Part shown: positions 23,372 to 34,080 of the stretch, piece by piece
Numbering within the stretch: position 1 is the stretch's first letter
How the letters are laid out: each line of letters opens with the position of its first letter
Origin: Schizochytrium sp. TIO01
Taxonomy: Eukaryota > Protista > Bigyra: Labyrinthulomycetes
Length of the DNA stretch: 64,000 nt
Direction of reading: 5' to 3'
Assembly: GCA_004764695.1 (NCBI GenBank)
Contig: SMSO01000033.1
Span: 744,001-808,000 of the forward strand
Notes under the pieces: model-generated
Seen by the model: the letters and a program-made list of their open reading frames with translations, nothing else
Databases searched by the model: none
What the model was told of the DNA's origin: nothing
Translations under genes and position numbers: made by a program

Positions 23372-23881
23372 CTCCGTCCACGGCTCTCCTCTCTTGAAAG
23401 CAACTCCTAGGAGTTTCTAGCTAGAGAACTGTGCACGAATTGATTAGTTAAGAGTGATAACGATCGACTATTGTTTAGGAGTCCTTAAGGAGTCCTATGA
23501 TTGCTTGCAAGCGCTCTTACATATCCTACTGTGTAGCAGAGTGTATAAGACTAACTACACAACATTAGGTATGAAGAAAGAAGAAGAATACACATAGAAT
23601 GGAAGAGAAGGAAGAGGAATGAAGAGGATGAAGAGCAATCCTTCAATTCGGTGTCGCTGTCAAGCTTGCTAGCCGGCAGGACTCCGGGTTGGTGTTTGAG
23701 GCGAGCAACCTTGGGGCTTGTTCTTCACAGGTGGGTGTGACTGCGGCGGAGTTTTCTAGTTTGCAGGTGGTCTTTGTTTTCGTTTGGCACACTGTTTTCC
23801 CGTTTTCGCTCCAAGGCTCAGCGTAAAGCTAGCCAAGAATCCCGCAGACCAGAATCTGCTGCAGACCAGCACCAAGGAAAT

Positions 23882-24823
23882 ATGCCTACTGATCGCACGC
23901 GCGTGAAGAAGGAGCTGCAGGAGTGCGCTAAAGATGAGGTAGGTTGCTTTGCACGGAAGAGTTTGGCGTCCCAAAATGAACAAGGCCTTGCTTGAGTTTT
24001 TCTGCATGTGAAAGATCTACTCTATGTTTTTAACACAGCTTGACGAATGCTGTGTTTCTGGAGAAATACTATGGGAAAGGAATCCAAGTGCGCCTATAGT
24101 CATATTCATGATTGTGGATTACGCATAAATACTTCGCTTTATTTGTTTTAGATAGGAAGGCTAACATTGAAATTGTGATTGGACGTGGATTTCAATAACG
24201 GGCATTTTATGAATCAAATGGGGACTTCGGCTACATTCGGCATACTCTTGACTTCTTGTTTACACATTTTGATTATAATATTGATGCTGTAGGAGCTCAC
24301 CGGTGTCTCTGTGCGCCTAGTGCAAGATGGAGATTACACGCATCTGACCGGAAAGATCAAGGGCCCCTCTGGAACTTGTTATGATGGTGGTATTTTTGCT
24401 GTGGACATTGAAATCCCCCAGTCCTATCCGTTCGAACCGCCTAAGATGCGTTTTATCACTAAAATTTGGCACCCTAACGTAAGCTCGCAGACGGGTGCCA
24501 TCTGTCTTGATATTCTTAAAGACCAATGGTCCCCAGCACTTACTATCAAGACTGCCTTAGTCTCTCTGCAGGCGCTTTTGTCTGCACCTGAGCCTACCGA
24601 TCCGCAGGACGCTCAGGTCGCGAGACAATACCTTGATGATCAAGAAACCTTTCAAAAGACCGCCCAATTCTGGACTAGTACATACGCCAAGGAGGCATCT
24701 GATGATGAAAAGGTAAATCGTATTTGCGACATGGGCTTTCCCGAGGACCAGGTCAGAGACGCGCTCCGTGCTACTGACGGAGATGAGGAAGCAGCGCTTG
24801 AGAAACTTCTTTCGGGCGCATAA
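23882..24823 (+). CDS. UBE2K: Ubiquitin-conjugating enzyme E2-25K/Ubc1 with C-terminal UBA; exons 23882-23938 and 24293-24823
   Basis: Exon 1 MPTDRTRVKKELQECAKDE joins in frame across a GT(23939)..AG(24292) intron to ELTGVSV...; WHPNVSSQTGAICLDILKDQWSPA active site; MGF-type UBA domain. Confidence 0.95.
23939..24292 (+). other. Spliceosomal GT-AG intron (354 nt) of UBE2K
   Basis: Donor GTAGGT and acceptor TGTAG; removing it restores a continuous E2 reading frame. Confidence 0.9.
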
Positions 24824-25705
24824 TTTTTTATATCTTTTTTCGTTTATAATTTCCTCTTTGATCTTCGAACATATTTGACAAGCTTTTTTACTGAAATTTT
24901 TGTCTCGTTTCAACGCTTAGTTGGGTTTTGAATATTCCCTTTTCAGGTGTAGTAATATGCGGCATTTGCAATACCAATGCGCTTATGCGTATAATCTTTG
25001 CATTTAGCTCTTTATCTGCGTATCCGACATGGCTGACGAAGATTTCAACCATAGGTATTTTGTACAAGTTGTTGGGTAGTTTCTCTTACCAAACTGTGCA
25101 CTTTGCTGCATGGGGAGACTCATAGCCTTGTAAGAACTGAAGAGGTCGAAAATGTGGTCTCTGCTAAGAGAAAAGATTGTTGAAGTTCTACACTATAATG
25201 TTATATGTGTTCCTTTTAACCGCGGTAATAATAGAATGTTCACCATCTTCTGGCGTTGATCAAACGAACGGAGCGATCATGCCAGACAACATCGTCTCAT
25301 ATTCAGAATTAAAGCGACAAGAGACTCTTTAATGCAGTAGCAGAAACAGCTCTAGGTCTAGTCTCAAGTAATAGGTTTTGTGGCAGAATAAAATTTCACG
25401 CTAGTCAAAACTATCCCATCAAGTCCAACTCAACACATTAAACCTGATCCAACTCAAACAATGATTAGTTGTCCTTGAGTCTCTCGCTTTCAGCTTTTGA
25501 GTCGCTCAATACTTCGTACTCCAGTCTAGCAAGCCCGTGTACGTCTTGAATATCGCGGAGAACCACTAGAAGCCCTACTCGGAAATTCGCTCTCTCCTGA
25601 AGTTAAACCAATTCTTCAAAACAAAACTAAATCGCAAGTTAGCCCTCAGGGTACTCGCCAGCAGAGCTGGTAGTGCGAATCTTATTGCTTCGCTATTGCG
25701 TGCTC

Positions 25706-25954
25706 CTAGGCGCTCTCAGGTGGAGTAGCACCACCTGACTTTGCTTGCTTTTCTGCTGCTGCTTTTGCACGCACAGACTCGCAACAGGCCTCCCAGCGCT
25801 GCACAAAGTCCTGGCACTTGGCCTCGTTGTAGTTGTTTCGCGAGAGGCACCACTGGATGTCACAGGCTAGTTTCTGACACCTCCGCGACGTCAGGCACGG
25901 GTCCGTGGTGCCAGCTCTCTGTTTCTTGCCTGCGCCTTGATAAACAAAGGTCAT
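25706..25954 (-). CDS. CMC4: Cx9C motif-containing mitochondrial intermembrane-space protein (CMC4/MTCP1-like)
   Basis: CQKLACDIQWCLSRNNYNEAKCQDFVQRWEACC matches the CMC4 cysteine pattern; likely ATG at 25954 (MTFVYQG). Confidence 0.8.
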   Translation of the reverse strand: MTFVYQGAGKKQRAGTTDPCLTSRRCQKLACDIQWCLSRNNYNEAKCQDFVQRWEACCESVRAKAAAEKQAKSGGATPPESA

Positions 25955-28900
25955 GATGATCGTCCTCGATGATGATGACAGTAACGACGGCGTTAGCTCC
26001 TGCGAAAACGACACGCGTGAAAAGGAGCTCACTGGCCCTTCACCCTCAAACCCCCGCGAGGAGGATGCCACGGAATCGGATAGAGCAGCCGATTCTCGTC
26101 TCGCAAACGCCGTCTTTTCAGGATCTGGCGCTCGGAAGAAAAGGTCTCGGCTTCGCGCAGAAAACGCAAGGAACGAGAATGAAAATCATGATGCTGGGTG
26201 GGGAGACGATGCTACGGGCAATGTAGAAATCGTGGACCTTGAAGCAGAAGAATGTACAAAAGACTCGGAGGTTCGTGTAGTATGTAGAAAGGCCGATGTG
26301 AGTTCTGCAGAAATGAAGGAGAATATAGTGGTTGTTGTAGACTTGGAGGATGACAACGATGTGAAGGCCCCAGCGCGGAGCTCAAAATTTAGGCGCACAA
26401 AGAATAAATTCAAAACAAGGGATAAAGAAGACCTAGATGCAGCTCTTGCAAGGCAGTTGCAGAAGGAGGAGCAGGAAAGAAATCAACAAGAAATTGCACA
26501 ATTTTGTGCAATACAAGGATCTGGCGGAACCAGGGAGGTTACAAAGAAATCGAACAACGATGTTGTGCTAGTGGAAGATACAAACTATGCTGTTCAAATC
26601 CGCCTTCGACAGAAACTTGGCAGTGAACTTCTTGGTAGTCTCGGACCTTGGCAAGACTCGCCCGTTTGGGAGCGTGATAGCATCGACGGAGCACCTGGAC
26701 TTTGTCAAGTCAATGAAGATAATAGATCAGAACATCAAACAGAAACTACAACTAATCTTGATAAATTGGCATCAAACGCAAAAGACTCAGAGGCTGGCAG
26801 AGAAAATGCAGAGACTCCCATCGACCTAGCTAAAGACAACGAGGAACCAAATTTGTGGCATGATCCACTCTTTCCGCCAAATCTTAGATCTATTTGTGGC
26901 TCAACCCGTGACCCAAACCTGCCAGCCCCACAAGCACCTCATTGCGGGTGCGGAAGAGCATCCGTTCAGAAAACAGTGTGCCGTCAAACAAAAAACACAG
27001 GGCGACGATTTTGGACATGCTCTAAACGTTTATGCAAGTTTTTTCGCTGGGCGCACGAAGACGAGTGGACAATTCCTAGAGGCGCGAAAAATCATGTTTG
27101 GCGGCGTCCACCAACCTGGCCTGCTTATCCTCGCATCGTGTCTACCAAAGGTTTTCGAGCTGACGATGTGCAGCAAGGAAATCTTGGCGATTGTTGGTTT
27201 GTGTCAGCATTAAGTTGCCTAACTTTGCGTCCAGATTTGATTCAGCGTTTGTTCATTTCCACCGAGCCAAAACCACAAGGTGGACCTTACGAGATCCGCC
27301 TCTTCATTGACGGCAAGTGGCAAGTGTTTGCTATTGATGATCAATTTCCATGCCGTCCGTTACCTGAGAAGTCATCCAAAAAAGCGGTCAGCAAGCGAAA
27401 GCTAGGTACGGTGAATCCAATGTTCAACTTGTCTTTTGCCAAGCCATCAAGGAATTTATTATGGGTTCCTTTAGTAGAAAAAGCATACGCCAAAGCACAT
27501 GGTTGTTATCAAGCTATCTCTGGAGGTTGGGTAGCTGAAGCACTGTTTGACTTAACCGGTTGTCCAACAGAATCTTTTCGTATTGGCAGCATTGATGCAG
27601 ACGAACTTTTCCAGCTGATTCTCTCGTATCATAGCACTAGGTTTTTAATGGGAGCCAGCTGTGCGAACCCAGGGAAAGGATCTGGTCTTGTTGGGTGGCA
27701 TGCATATGGTATACTCGATATTCGTGTTAGCTATAATCGACCAGCCCAACAACTAAGCATAACTTCCATGCTAGACCAAAAACCAAGTAGCTCTTCATCT
27801 TCATCGTCGTTGCTGCCGTCACCGTCATCATCAGCCTCCTCTTCCGCACCCTCTGTTGTTACAGGACATAGTTCTGAAGGAAGTTCCTCCCGGAAGCCAC
27901 TTCGACTGATTCGCTTACGTAATCCATGGGGGCGTCATGAATGGAAGGGCAACTTTTCTCGCAAGTCTTCCGTTTGGACAGATGCGCTGCGCCAAGAACT
28001 TGAGCAATCGAGTGAAGAGGATGGCTCCTTTTGGATGGAGTTTCAAGAATTTCTTGCTCACTTTGTAGGAGGGAACATTGATGTATGTAAAGCACCAGCA
28101 TCTCATGAAGAATGGCACATGACGCCTCTGGAAATCGAGTTTCGCGTCGGGGAGTGGTGGGCAAGACATGTTGTGGAGGTGCATGCATCCGCAGCTGGTC
28201 CGACATGGGCATATTTGACAGTATGCCAGCCGACCAAACGAGGTAAAACGGCAGGTAATTTTGTCCAATGTGATGTAGGCGTTCTTGTTTTGCAACAACG
28301 TAGTAGCCAGGTGTCAACTCGGAGTCCTAGCGTTGTTGCACTTAGCTTGCCAGGTCAGTGCAAAGCATTCCATTTTGATATCTTCTTAGAGCCTGATACG
28401 AAGTATTGGGTGCTAATGTTTTCTCTTTCCCGTAGCCGTGAATCTAGGGATACTGCCAGTTTTCATTTACGTATGCTAAGTGCTCGCCCACTACGCTGGA
28501 GGCGCAGAGTTATGGGTGGGCCACGATTCCTTGTGCATTATCTTCATGAAGCCTTCCTTGCGCGTCTTCGCGCGCCCCTATCTCAGGCCTCAGTAGTACC
28601 ACGTCAACCAAGCTTTCGTCGAGTTAGTGTGCGAGGATTTGATCGCGTTAACAGAATTGTCCACGTTGGGGCTCTTGAGACACACGGAGGCCTACTTGTG
28701 ATTGCAGTCAACACATCGTCAACCTATTATGCTTTAATAGAAGTTTGTGTCATGGGCCTTGCTGGGGAGGAAAATAAGCAAAATACCCAATCAAATATGC
28801 ACATTGTGGCCCCTTCTTCATCGCGAATCGTTGCTGCGGTTGCGAATGCAAATTTCGATGATTACAAATGGGGTCTTAACAACGATGCAGAAACCAACGA

Positions 28901-29030
28901 CAACTCGTTAAAAACATTTTTCACGTCAGAGGCCACAGTTAACTTGCTATTGCAACCACCTTCGACGGGCGAGGTCCAAGACGACCTGGCAGCAACCTTA
29001 ACCCAGTCTCTTCCTATTAGAATGAACTGA
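25953..29030 (+). CDS. Calpain-family cysteine protease (SOL/calpain-15-like core) with GRF zinc finger and SIM/UIM-like N-terminal motifs
   Basis: Catalytic triad QGNLGDCWF (Cys ~27192), GWHAY (His ~27699), LRNPWG (Asn ~27921); WVPLVEKAYAKAHGCY; GRF finger CGCG...NTGRRFWTC...CKFFRW at ~26943-27050. Confidence 0.92.
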   Translation: MMIVLDDDDSNDGVSSCENDTREKELTGPSPSNPREEDATESDRAADSRLANAVFSGSGARKKRSRLRAENARNENENHDAGWGDDATGNVEIVDLEAEECTKDSEVRVVCRKADVSSAEMKENIVVVVDLEDDNDVKAPARSSKFRRTKNKFKTRDKEDLDAALARQLQKEEQERNQQEIAQFCAIQGSGGTREVTKKSNNDVVLVEDTNYAVQIRLRQKLGSELLGSLGPWQDSPVWERDSIDGAPGLCQVNEDNRSEHQTETTTNLDKLASNAKDSEAGRENAETPIDLAKDNEEPNLWHDPLFPPNLRSICGSTRDPNLPAPQAPHCGCGRASVQKTVCRQTKNTGRRFWTCSKRLCKFFRWAHEDEWTIPRGAKNHVWRRPPTWPAYPRIVSTKGFRADDVQQGNLGDCWFVSALSCLTLRPDLIQRLFISTEPKPQGGPYEIRLFIDGKWQVFAIDDQFPCRPLPEKSSKKAVSKRKLGTVNPMFNLSFAKPSRNLLWVPLVEKAYAKAHGCYQAISGGWVAEALFDLTGCPTESFRIGSIDADELFQLILSYHSTRFLMGASCANPGKGSGLVGWHAYGILDIRVSYNRPAQQLSITSMLDQKPSSSSSSSSLLPSPSSSASSSAPSVVTGHSSEGSSSRKPLRLIRLRNPWGRHEWKGNFSRKSSVWTDALRQELEQSSEEDGSFWMEFQEFLAHFVGGNIDVCKAPASHEEWHMTPLEIEFRVGEWWARHVVEVHASAAGPTWAYLTVCQPTKRGKTAGNFVQCDVGVLVLQQRSSQVSTRSPSVVALSLPGQCKAFHFDIFLEPDTKYWVLMFSLSRSRESRDTASFHLRMLSARPLRWRRRVMGGPRFLVHYLHEAFLARLRAPLSQASVVPRQPSFRRVSVRGFDRVNRIVHVGALETHGGLLVIAVNTSSTYYALIEVCVMGLAGEENKQNTQSNMHIVAPSSSRIVAAVANANFDDYKWGLNNDAETNDNSLKTFFTSEATVNLLLQPPSTGEVQDDLAATLTQSLPIRMN

Positions 29031-29654
29031 GTTTTTTCTATTGCTTCTTTTGCAAATAAAGGAATTTCACTTTTGCTAGGCAATAGAAAAACTGTTTTGT
29101 TCGGACTTTGAGGTTATGTACTTAATTATTGTTTGCTTTTCGTTGTGGGTTGTATTCTGTGCAATGCACGGACCCCGATACAAGAACCGGGGTGAAACCG
29201 ATTAGAATCACAAAACTAACCCTGATGTTATAAAAACATTCTCTGGTTATCATAGTTCTAACTTCTCAAAATGAAGGCAGCGTAATAAGAAGGAAATACT
29301 GAGCAAAATCAATCAATTTTACCTGATATCTTTTAATTTATAAAATTTGTATAGCACAAGGAAATGCGTGACTGAGTTCAACAGAGACGGAATTAAATTA
29401 TGATGATCCTTTTATCAACGTCCGATGCTAGTACCTATAGCTCGTTTCGACCAGAGGACAAGCTTTCAAAGACCAGAAATCAGTTTTAGCAATTCCTTTT
29501 TAGTATCAGTTCATGAGAAGTAGCCGTTCATTTGGCGCAAAAAGCAGGTTTACAGAATACAAGCTTTAGGAGAACGGGACTGGTATAATTATGCAGACTG
29601 TAGCTTGTTTTGGATACATTAAATTAAGCTCGCATATTGCTATTGCATTTCTGC

Positions 29655-31223
29655 CTAAGCTGCGAAAAGTTGTGTAGCGCTACGTCCTAGGCGGAGAAGA
29701 GCCATGCAACGTTCGACCGGTACTAACCGGTCAGCATTACCTGCACGGGCATATATTTTCTGATTTTCTAGGAGCACATCGAGGCAGGTTTGGTCAAGGA
29801 CATTGCGCAAAGGTGCTGCGCGTAAAAAGTATGACTGTGCAGACTCAAACATGGCTCGCATTACCTGCAGGTCGGCGGCTTTCGCGACATTGTGGAGTGG
29901 AGTTTCGCCCCTAGAGTCACAAACCGAAAGGGCTGCAGGTTCAAGGTTCGTGAGAAGTGTACAGAGGTGTCTAGCACGCTTCAGCGCGACTGGACTTAAA
30001 TCACTGCGTGCCAAGGCAGCAGAGACAATGTGGAGAGGTGTTTCGCCAAGTGATGTTTGTTGTAGGAGATGTGGGGTTTCGCCTAAGAAAGTGTCTAGCC
30101 TCCTTCGTGGTGTATCCATACCAATCACAATTTGCACAAGTGAAGGCGCGAGTGAGGCACAAGCCAAGTGAATGGGCATCCAAGCACTGCCCATGGCAGC
30201 ACCAAGGTCACATGAAGTCTCCACACTATCCAAGTTTGCCTCGAGAAGTCTGAGCGCTGTTTCTTGCGTCGCTTCTGAGGGTTCAGGACCGCTTTCCGAA
30301 AGAAGTACATGTATAGGCAACATTCCACGTGCATTGCGTGTTTGAGGGATTTTAGGTCCATTTTCAAGCACAAGTGCTAGAACCTCTCGTAAGGCATCAT
30401 GCATAGACGAGCCTGTAGCTGAGCTCCTCGCGTCATCATCTTCGTGAAAAGAGTTCGAGGGCGTGCTTCGATCTCCATCCGATGGATTGGGTCCGGCCGA
30501 TTCAGGAGTGTTTTCCTTCGAAAAATGTTCTTTTAATGAGTAACTCTGCTCTTCGTTATCCCCGTTTGGCTTCGCTTGGTCATCAGCTTTTACTCCCTCC
30601 GAGGAATCTGCTGCGTCGTGGGAATCTGCAATGGATCTGCTTTCAAGATTCACAGAAGCGGTGTTGTTCAATTGAGTTGTACTTGCCACTAGGCGGCATA
30701 GCTCGTGTAGAAGGTATGTTCCATTGGATGGTGATTGGCAGACCACCGCCCGCTCAGGTGACGAGAGCATTTCAAGCGAATCGAGAAGGGGTTCTGAGAC
30801 TCCATGCGTGCGGAGAGCCTCCCAGACCCTCGTGCAGGCATCAGTTTCGCGGAGGGCCTGTTTCAAGTCACGGTGCCAGGCCTTTGCTGACCTGCTAGAC
30901 TCTGTCACGAGATGGACAGGTGGTAGACCGCTCTTCATGAGTAGCTTGATCACAAAAAGGCGGTCCCCACGGGAGGTCTTCTCAGCGACGCTAACGCCGC
31001 TGCAGAGGCTAAGATCTAGGCCGCGGTCAAATTCCTGAGCTTGGTCTGCGCCAAGAGCTTCCACGATTAGCTCACGGTCCTCTGTCAGGAAGACGCGACA
31101 TTCTTTGAAGTAATCACCACCGCGACGCTCCTGCACGAAGAGAACTTCATGCCGGACCACATTCTGTGACACTGAAGGTCCCGAGGCCACCGTTGACGAT
31201 GACGATGACGCTGAAGCTAGCAT
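29655..31223 (-). CDS. PH-like domain plus ankyrin-repeat protein
   Basis: N-terminal beta-rich region ending in AKAWHRDL (PH C-terminal helix); ankyrin motifs GMLPIH, WMPIHLA, GETPLH (twice), DQTCLD. Confidence 0.8.
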   Translation of the reverse strand: MLASASSSSSTVASGPSVSQNVVRHEVLFVQERRGGDYFKECRVFLTEDRELIVEALGADQAQEFDRGLDLSLCSGVSVAEKTSRGDRLFVIKLLMKSGLPPVHLVTESSRSAKAWHRDLKQALRETDACTRVWEALRTHGVSEPLLDSLEMLSSPERAVVCQSPSNGTYLLHELCRLVASTTQLNNTASVNLESRSIADSHDAADSSEGVKADDQAKPNGDNEEQSYSLKEHFSKENTPESAGPNPSDGDRSTPSNSFHEDDDARSSATGSSMHDALREVLALVLENGPKIPQTRNARGMLPIHVLLSESGPEPSEATQETALRLLEANLDSVETSCDLGAAMGSAWMPIHLACASLAPSLVQIVIGMDTPRRRLDTFLGETPHLLQQTSLGETPLHIVSAALARSDLSPVALKRARHLCTLLTNLEPAALSVCDSRGETPLHNVAKAADLQVMRAMFESAQSYFLRAAPLRNVLDQTCLDVLLENQKIYARAGNADRLVPVERCMALLRLGRSATQLFAA

Positions 31224-31568
31224 CCTCACACCGTGTAATGGATTCTGTGTACTGTACGTTTTAGCCTTCTGTCGTTGTTGCTACAGCCACTACTGCTGCC
31301 GCTGTGCCAAAGAGTGCTCCCAAAGTCCTCGCCCGGCGCCTCAGATGCTCAACTTGGATAAAATGCAATGCAAGCCCAGGCAATTCTGCCAGTCCAGCCA
31401 GTCCTAACACGATCGGGAAACGAATGTGCCACCCCGAGGGTGCCAGAGAACAGCCCGCAGGTGTTAGAGCAGGTCGCCGCCGGAGACAACGCGCTGTCCG
31501 CGGAGGCGTGCGCGCGAGGCGCTGGTCCACTTCACGGTTTGCCCGAGTTTGTCGGCCTTCGCCTAAAA

Positions 31569-31628
31569 GTTTGAATTTTGAATTGTGAATTTTGAATTTC
31601 GAATTTCAAATTTTGAATTGTGAATTTT
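31569..31628. repeat. Degenerate heptamer tandem repeat (TTTGAAT)n upstream of the PH-ankyrin gene
   Basis: ttgaattttgaattgtgaattttgaatttcgaatttcaaattttgaattgtgaatttt. Confidence 0.8.
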
Positions 31629-33486
31629 GTTAAGCAGTACTTTATTCTTTCTTTTCCAAACTGAGTTTTGCATCGAAGAATCAATCGGCCTCGAAACGTT
31701 AAATACCTCAAGTAGTTAGTAAAGGTATTCTTTTCCCTCTTCAACAAAGGGCCTTCTCTACGAGCTCCTACGCCTTCTCTACCATTAAAAAAAAAAAAAT
31801 AGAATGAATGAAAGAAAGACAGTCAGAAAGAAAAAAATCGCTCCATTACGAGCGACCTGCAAAATCGTGGGTGAGCGTGAGCGTCTGAGAACGAGGAAAA
31901 GAGGCCATAGTTGCGTAGCAGCGCAGCTGAAGAGAGTCCTTTCCTCCCCACGCAGGGCTCCGCCGCCTATCATCTCTGCGAGTATATTCCAATCGACTCC
32001 GAGGTTCAGAGTCCGAAAGAATCGTTCAAAATTCATCAGGCGCGGTTCAGAGCCCAAATTCCAAACTCGCCGCTGACCAACTCAAACAAGAAAACAACTC
32101 CCGCAGTCTTCCCCCTAACACCTTTTGCTGAAGGGGCCCTTGCACCAGTGGATGTGGCGGGGACTCATGGTCTCTGTATTACTATACGTGAGTACACGCG
32201 AAAGAGAGGCACGGGTGGTCGGAGGGTACAAGGGAGGGCTTATGGGGGTGACTGAAGAGATACGTCAGAGGGGGAGATATACAGTGGGGATAGGGGTCAG
32301 AGAGAAGGCAGACAGAGCCGGGAACGAGGAACTACGAAGGCCAAGATCGAGTGCTTCTTGGATGGGAGAGCCCGAAACGAGATCGCATTGAGGCGAGACG
32401 ACCCTCGGCCCTTACACGGTTTCGAGCTGGGTAGTATATGAAGAGCAAATTAAATACGCACCCAAGTGATATTATCGAGGGCCTTCAGCCCCGTTGCTCC
32501 AAGCCGCAGCGAGCGAGGAGCGGTAAGTAAGTGAACACATCGGTCTCTTCGTTATTTATTTGCGGCGAAGTGAGTTTCACTGAAGCGTGACACCCGAGTC
32601 TGGTATTTCGCACCACTGCATTACATTCAGTAGGAAGTTTTCGGAGAATCTAATTTCTCTAATTCTATGGAACTGAGAGAGCAATAATAACTCCAAAGAC
32701 CATAACATATAACATAACTTCGTGAGAACCGTAACATTCGAACTTGTCGCTGGATTTTCACCGCCGCCGCACACCGAGAAACCGGATAGGAAACGAAACA
32801 CCGGCGGTTATATCCTTCGAGGCAGGTATTTTGTCTCTCGATTCCAGGGATGTCCATTTCGAGGACTTCTGCTTCTTCTTCTTCTTCTTTTTCGTCTTCT
32901 TTTCTTTTCTTTTTCCCTGGAGATATAAATGTCATCATTTCAAATTAAATCTATCTTCTTCTTCCTCTTTTTCTTTAAGAAACAAAGTAAACAGAACAGA
33001 CTCTAGAGAAAGAAAAATTAAATTACAGCAACAAACTTGAATTCTACCGGTTTGAAAGAGCACAGCGAAATCAAAGACCAGATCATCGAAGAAGGCCTTG
33101 CCAAGCTGCCACGACAGCCGAAGAACCTGCCATGGACCGCTACTGACAGACGCAGATCCTCGAAAGCCTGCACCGGGTCAAGCCGCCTGTCGTTTCACCC
33201 TCTCTCTCTGGGGCGCCGCCGCCGCTCTCGCCTCGCCGTCCGCCTTGCCAGGCCCGGGCGCCCTCGCTTGGCCCGGTTTTCCCCAGCTCGAAGCAGCTCA
33301 AGACAGACGCCTCGAGGCGCGCCATGACACGCACAGGGAGGCAAGCTCGACGCAGACGTGCCGTGAGGTGAGGCGCCGACCATACCTTGGTGGTGTTGTG
33401 CATCCAGGAGAGCGCTCCGGCGGACGGAGTCAGCGGCCTCTCCCCGATGCCTTCGCGATGAACCCGGCAGGGATCAGGAACCACGA

Positions 33487-33632
33487 ATCAATTGATCAAT
33501 CGATCAATCAATCGATCAATCAACCCCATTTCAAGCAACCTCGAAGCGCCGTGCAGCAACGCAAAGCAACGCAACGCAACGCAATGCAATGCAATGCAAT
33601 GCAATGCAATGCAATGCAATGTAATGCAACGC
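33487..33632. repeat. Microsatellites (ATCA/ATCG)n and (GCAAC)/(GCAAT)n
   Basis: Visible tetramer run at 33487-33523 and pentamer run at ~33556-33632. Confidence 0.9.
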
Positions 33633-34017
33633 ACAAACAAACCCATCAGGCAGGCCAACGCGAACCCGAGACATGACATGACGAGGGCCACGGAGAGCAG
33701 CAGCACTCCTCGAAGTCAGTCAGCCAGGACGGGCCTAGCAGAGAGCCGAGTGAACATCCTGGATACCCATCCCCCGAATCCTCCTCCTCCTCCTCCTCGT
33801 CTTCGACCACGTGGTCCTGCCCGTGGCGCAAATCCAACTGTCGGTGGAGGCCCTTCAGGGAGGGCGTGGCCATCAGCACCTTCCTTCAAGCACAGCATAG
33901 CTTCCTGCTCCCTCCAAGGCTCAGCGGCGAGCGGATGTGCTGCACTCTGATCGATCAGCCAGACCAACCACGCATTTGCACGCACTCACTGCATCCATTC
34001 GCCCATCCTCGAGCTCA

Positions 34018-34080
34018 AGCGAAGCCTTCTCAGCCAAAGGCCTTTTCAGCCAAAGGTCTTCTGGCTCAGAAGGCTTTGCT
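34018..34080 (+). ncRNA. Candidate 63-nt pre-miRNA-like hairpin
   Basis: 27 pairs (2 G:U), one C-C mismatch, one bulged C and a 6-nt loop, checked base by base. Confidence 0.35.

Noticed and set aside
33098-33950. ORFs of 150-190 aa in the GC-rich island
   Set aside because: They run through microsatellites (NAMQC repeats), overlap in several frames and show no domain signal.
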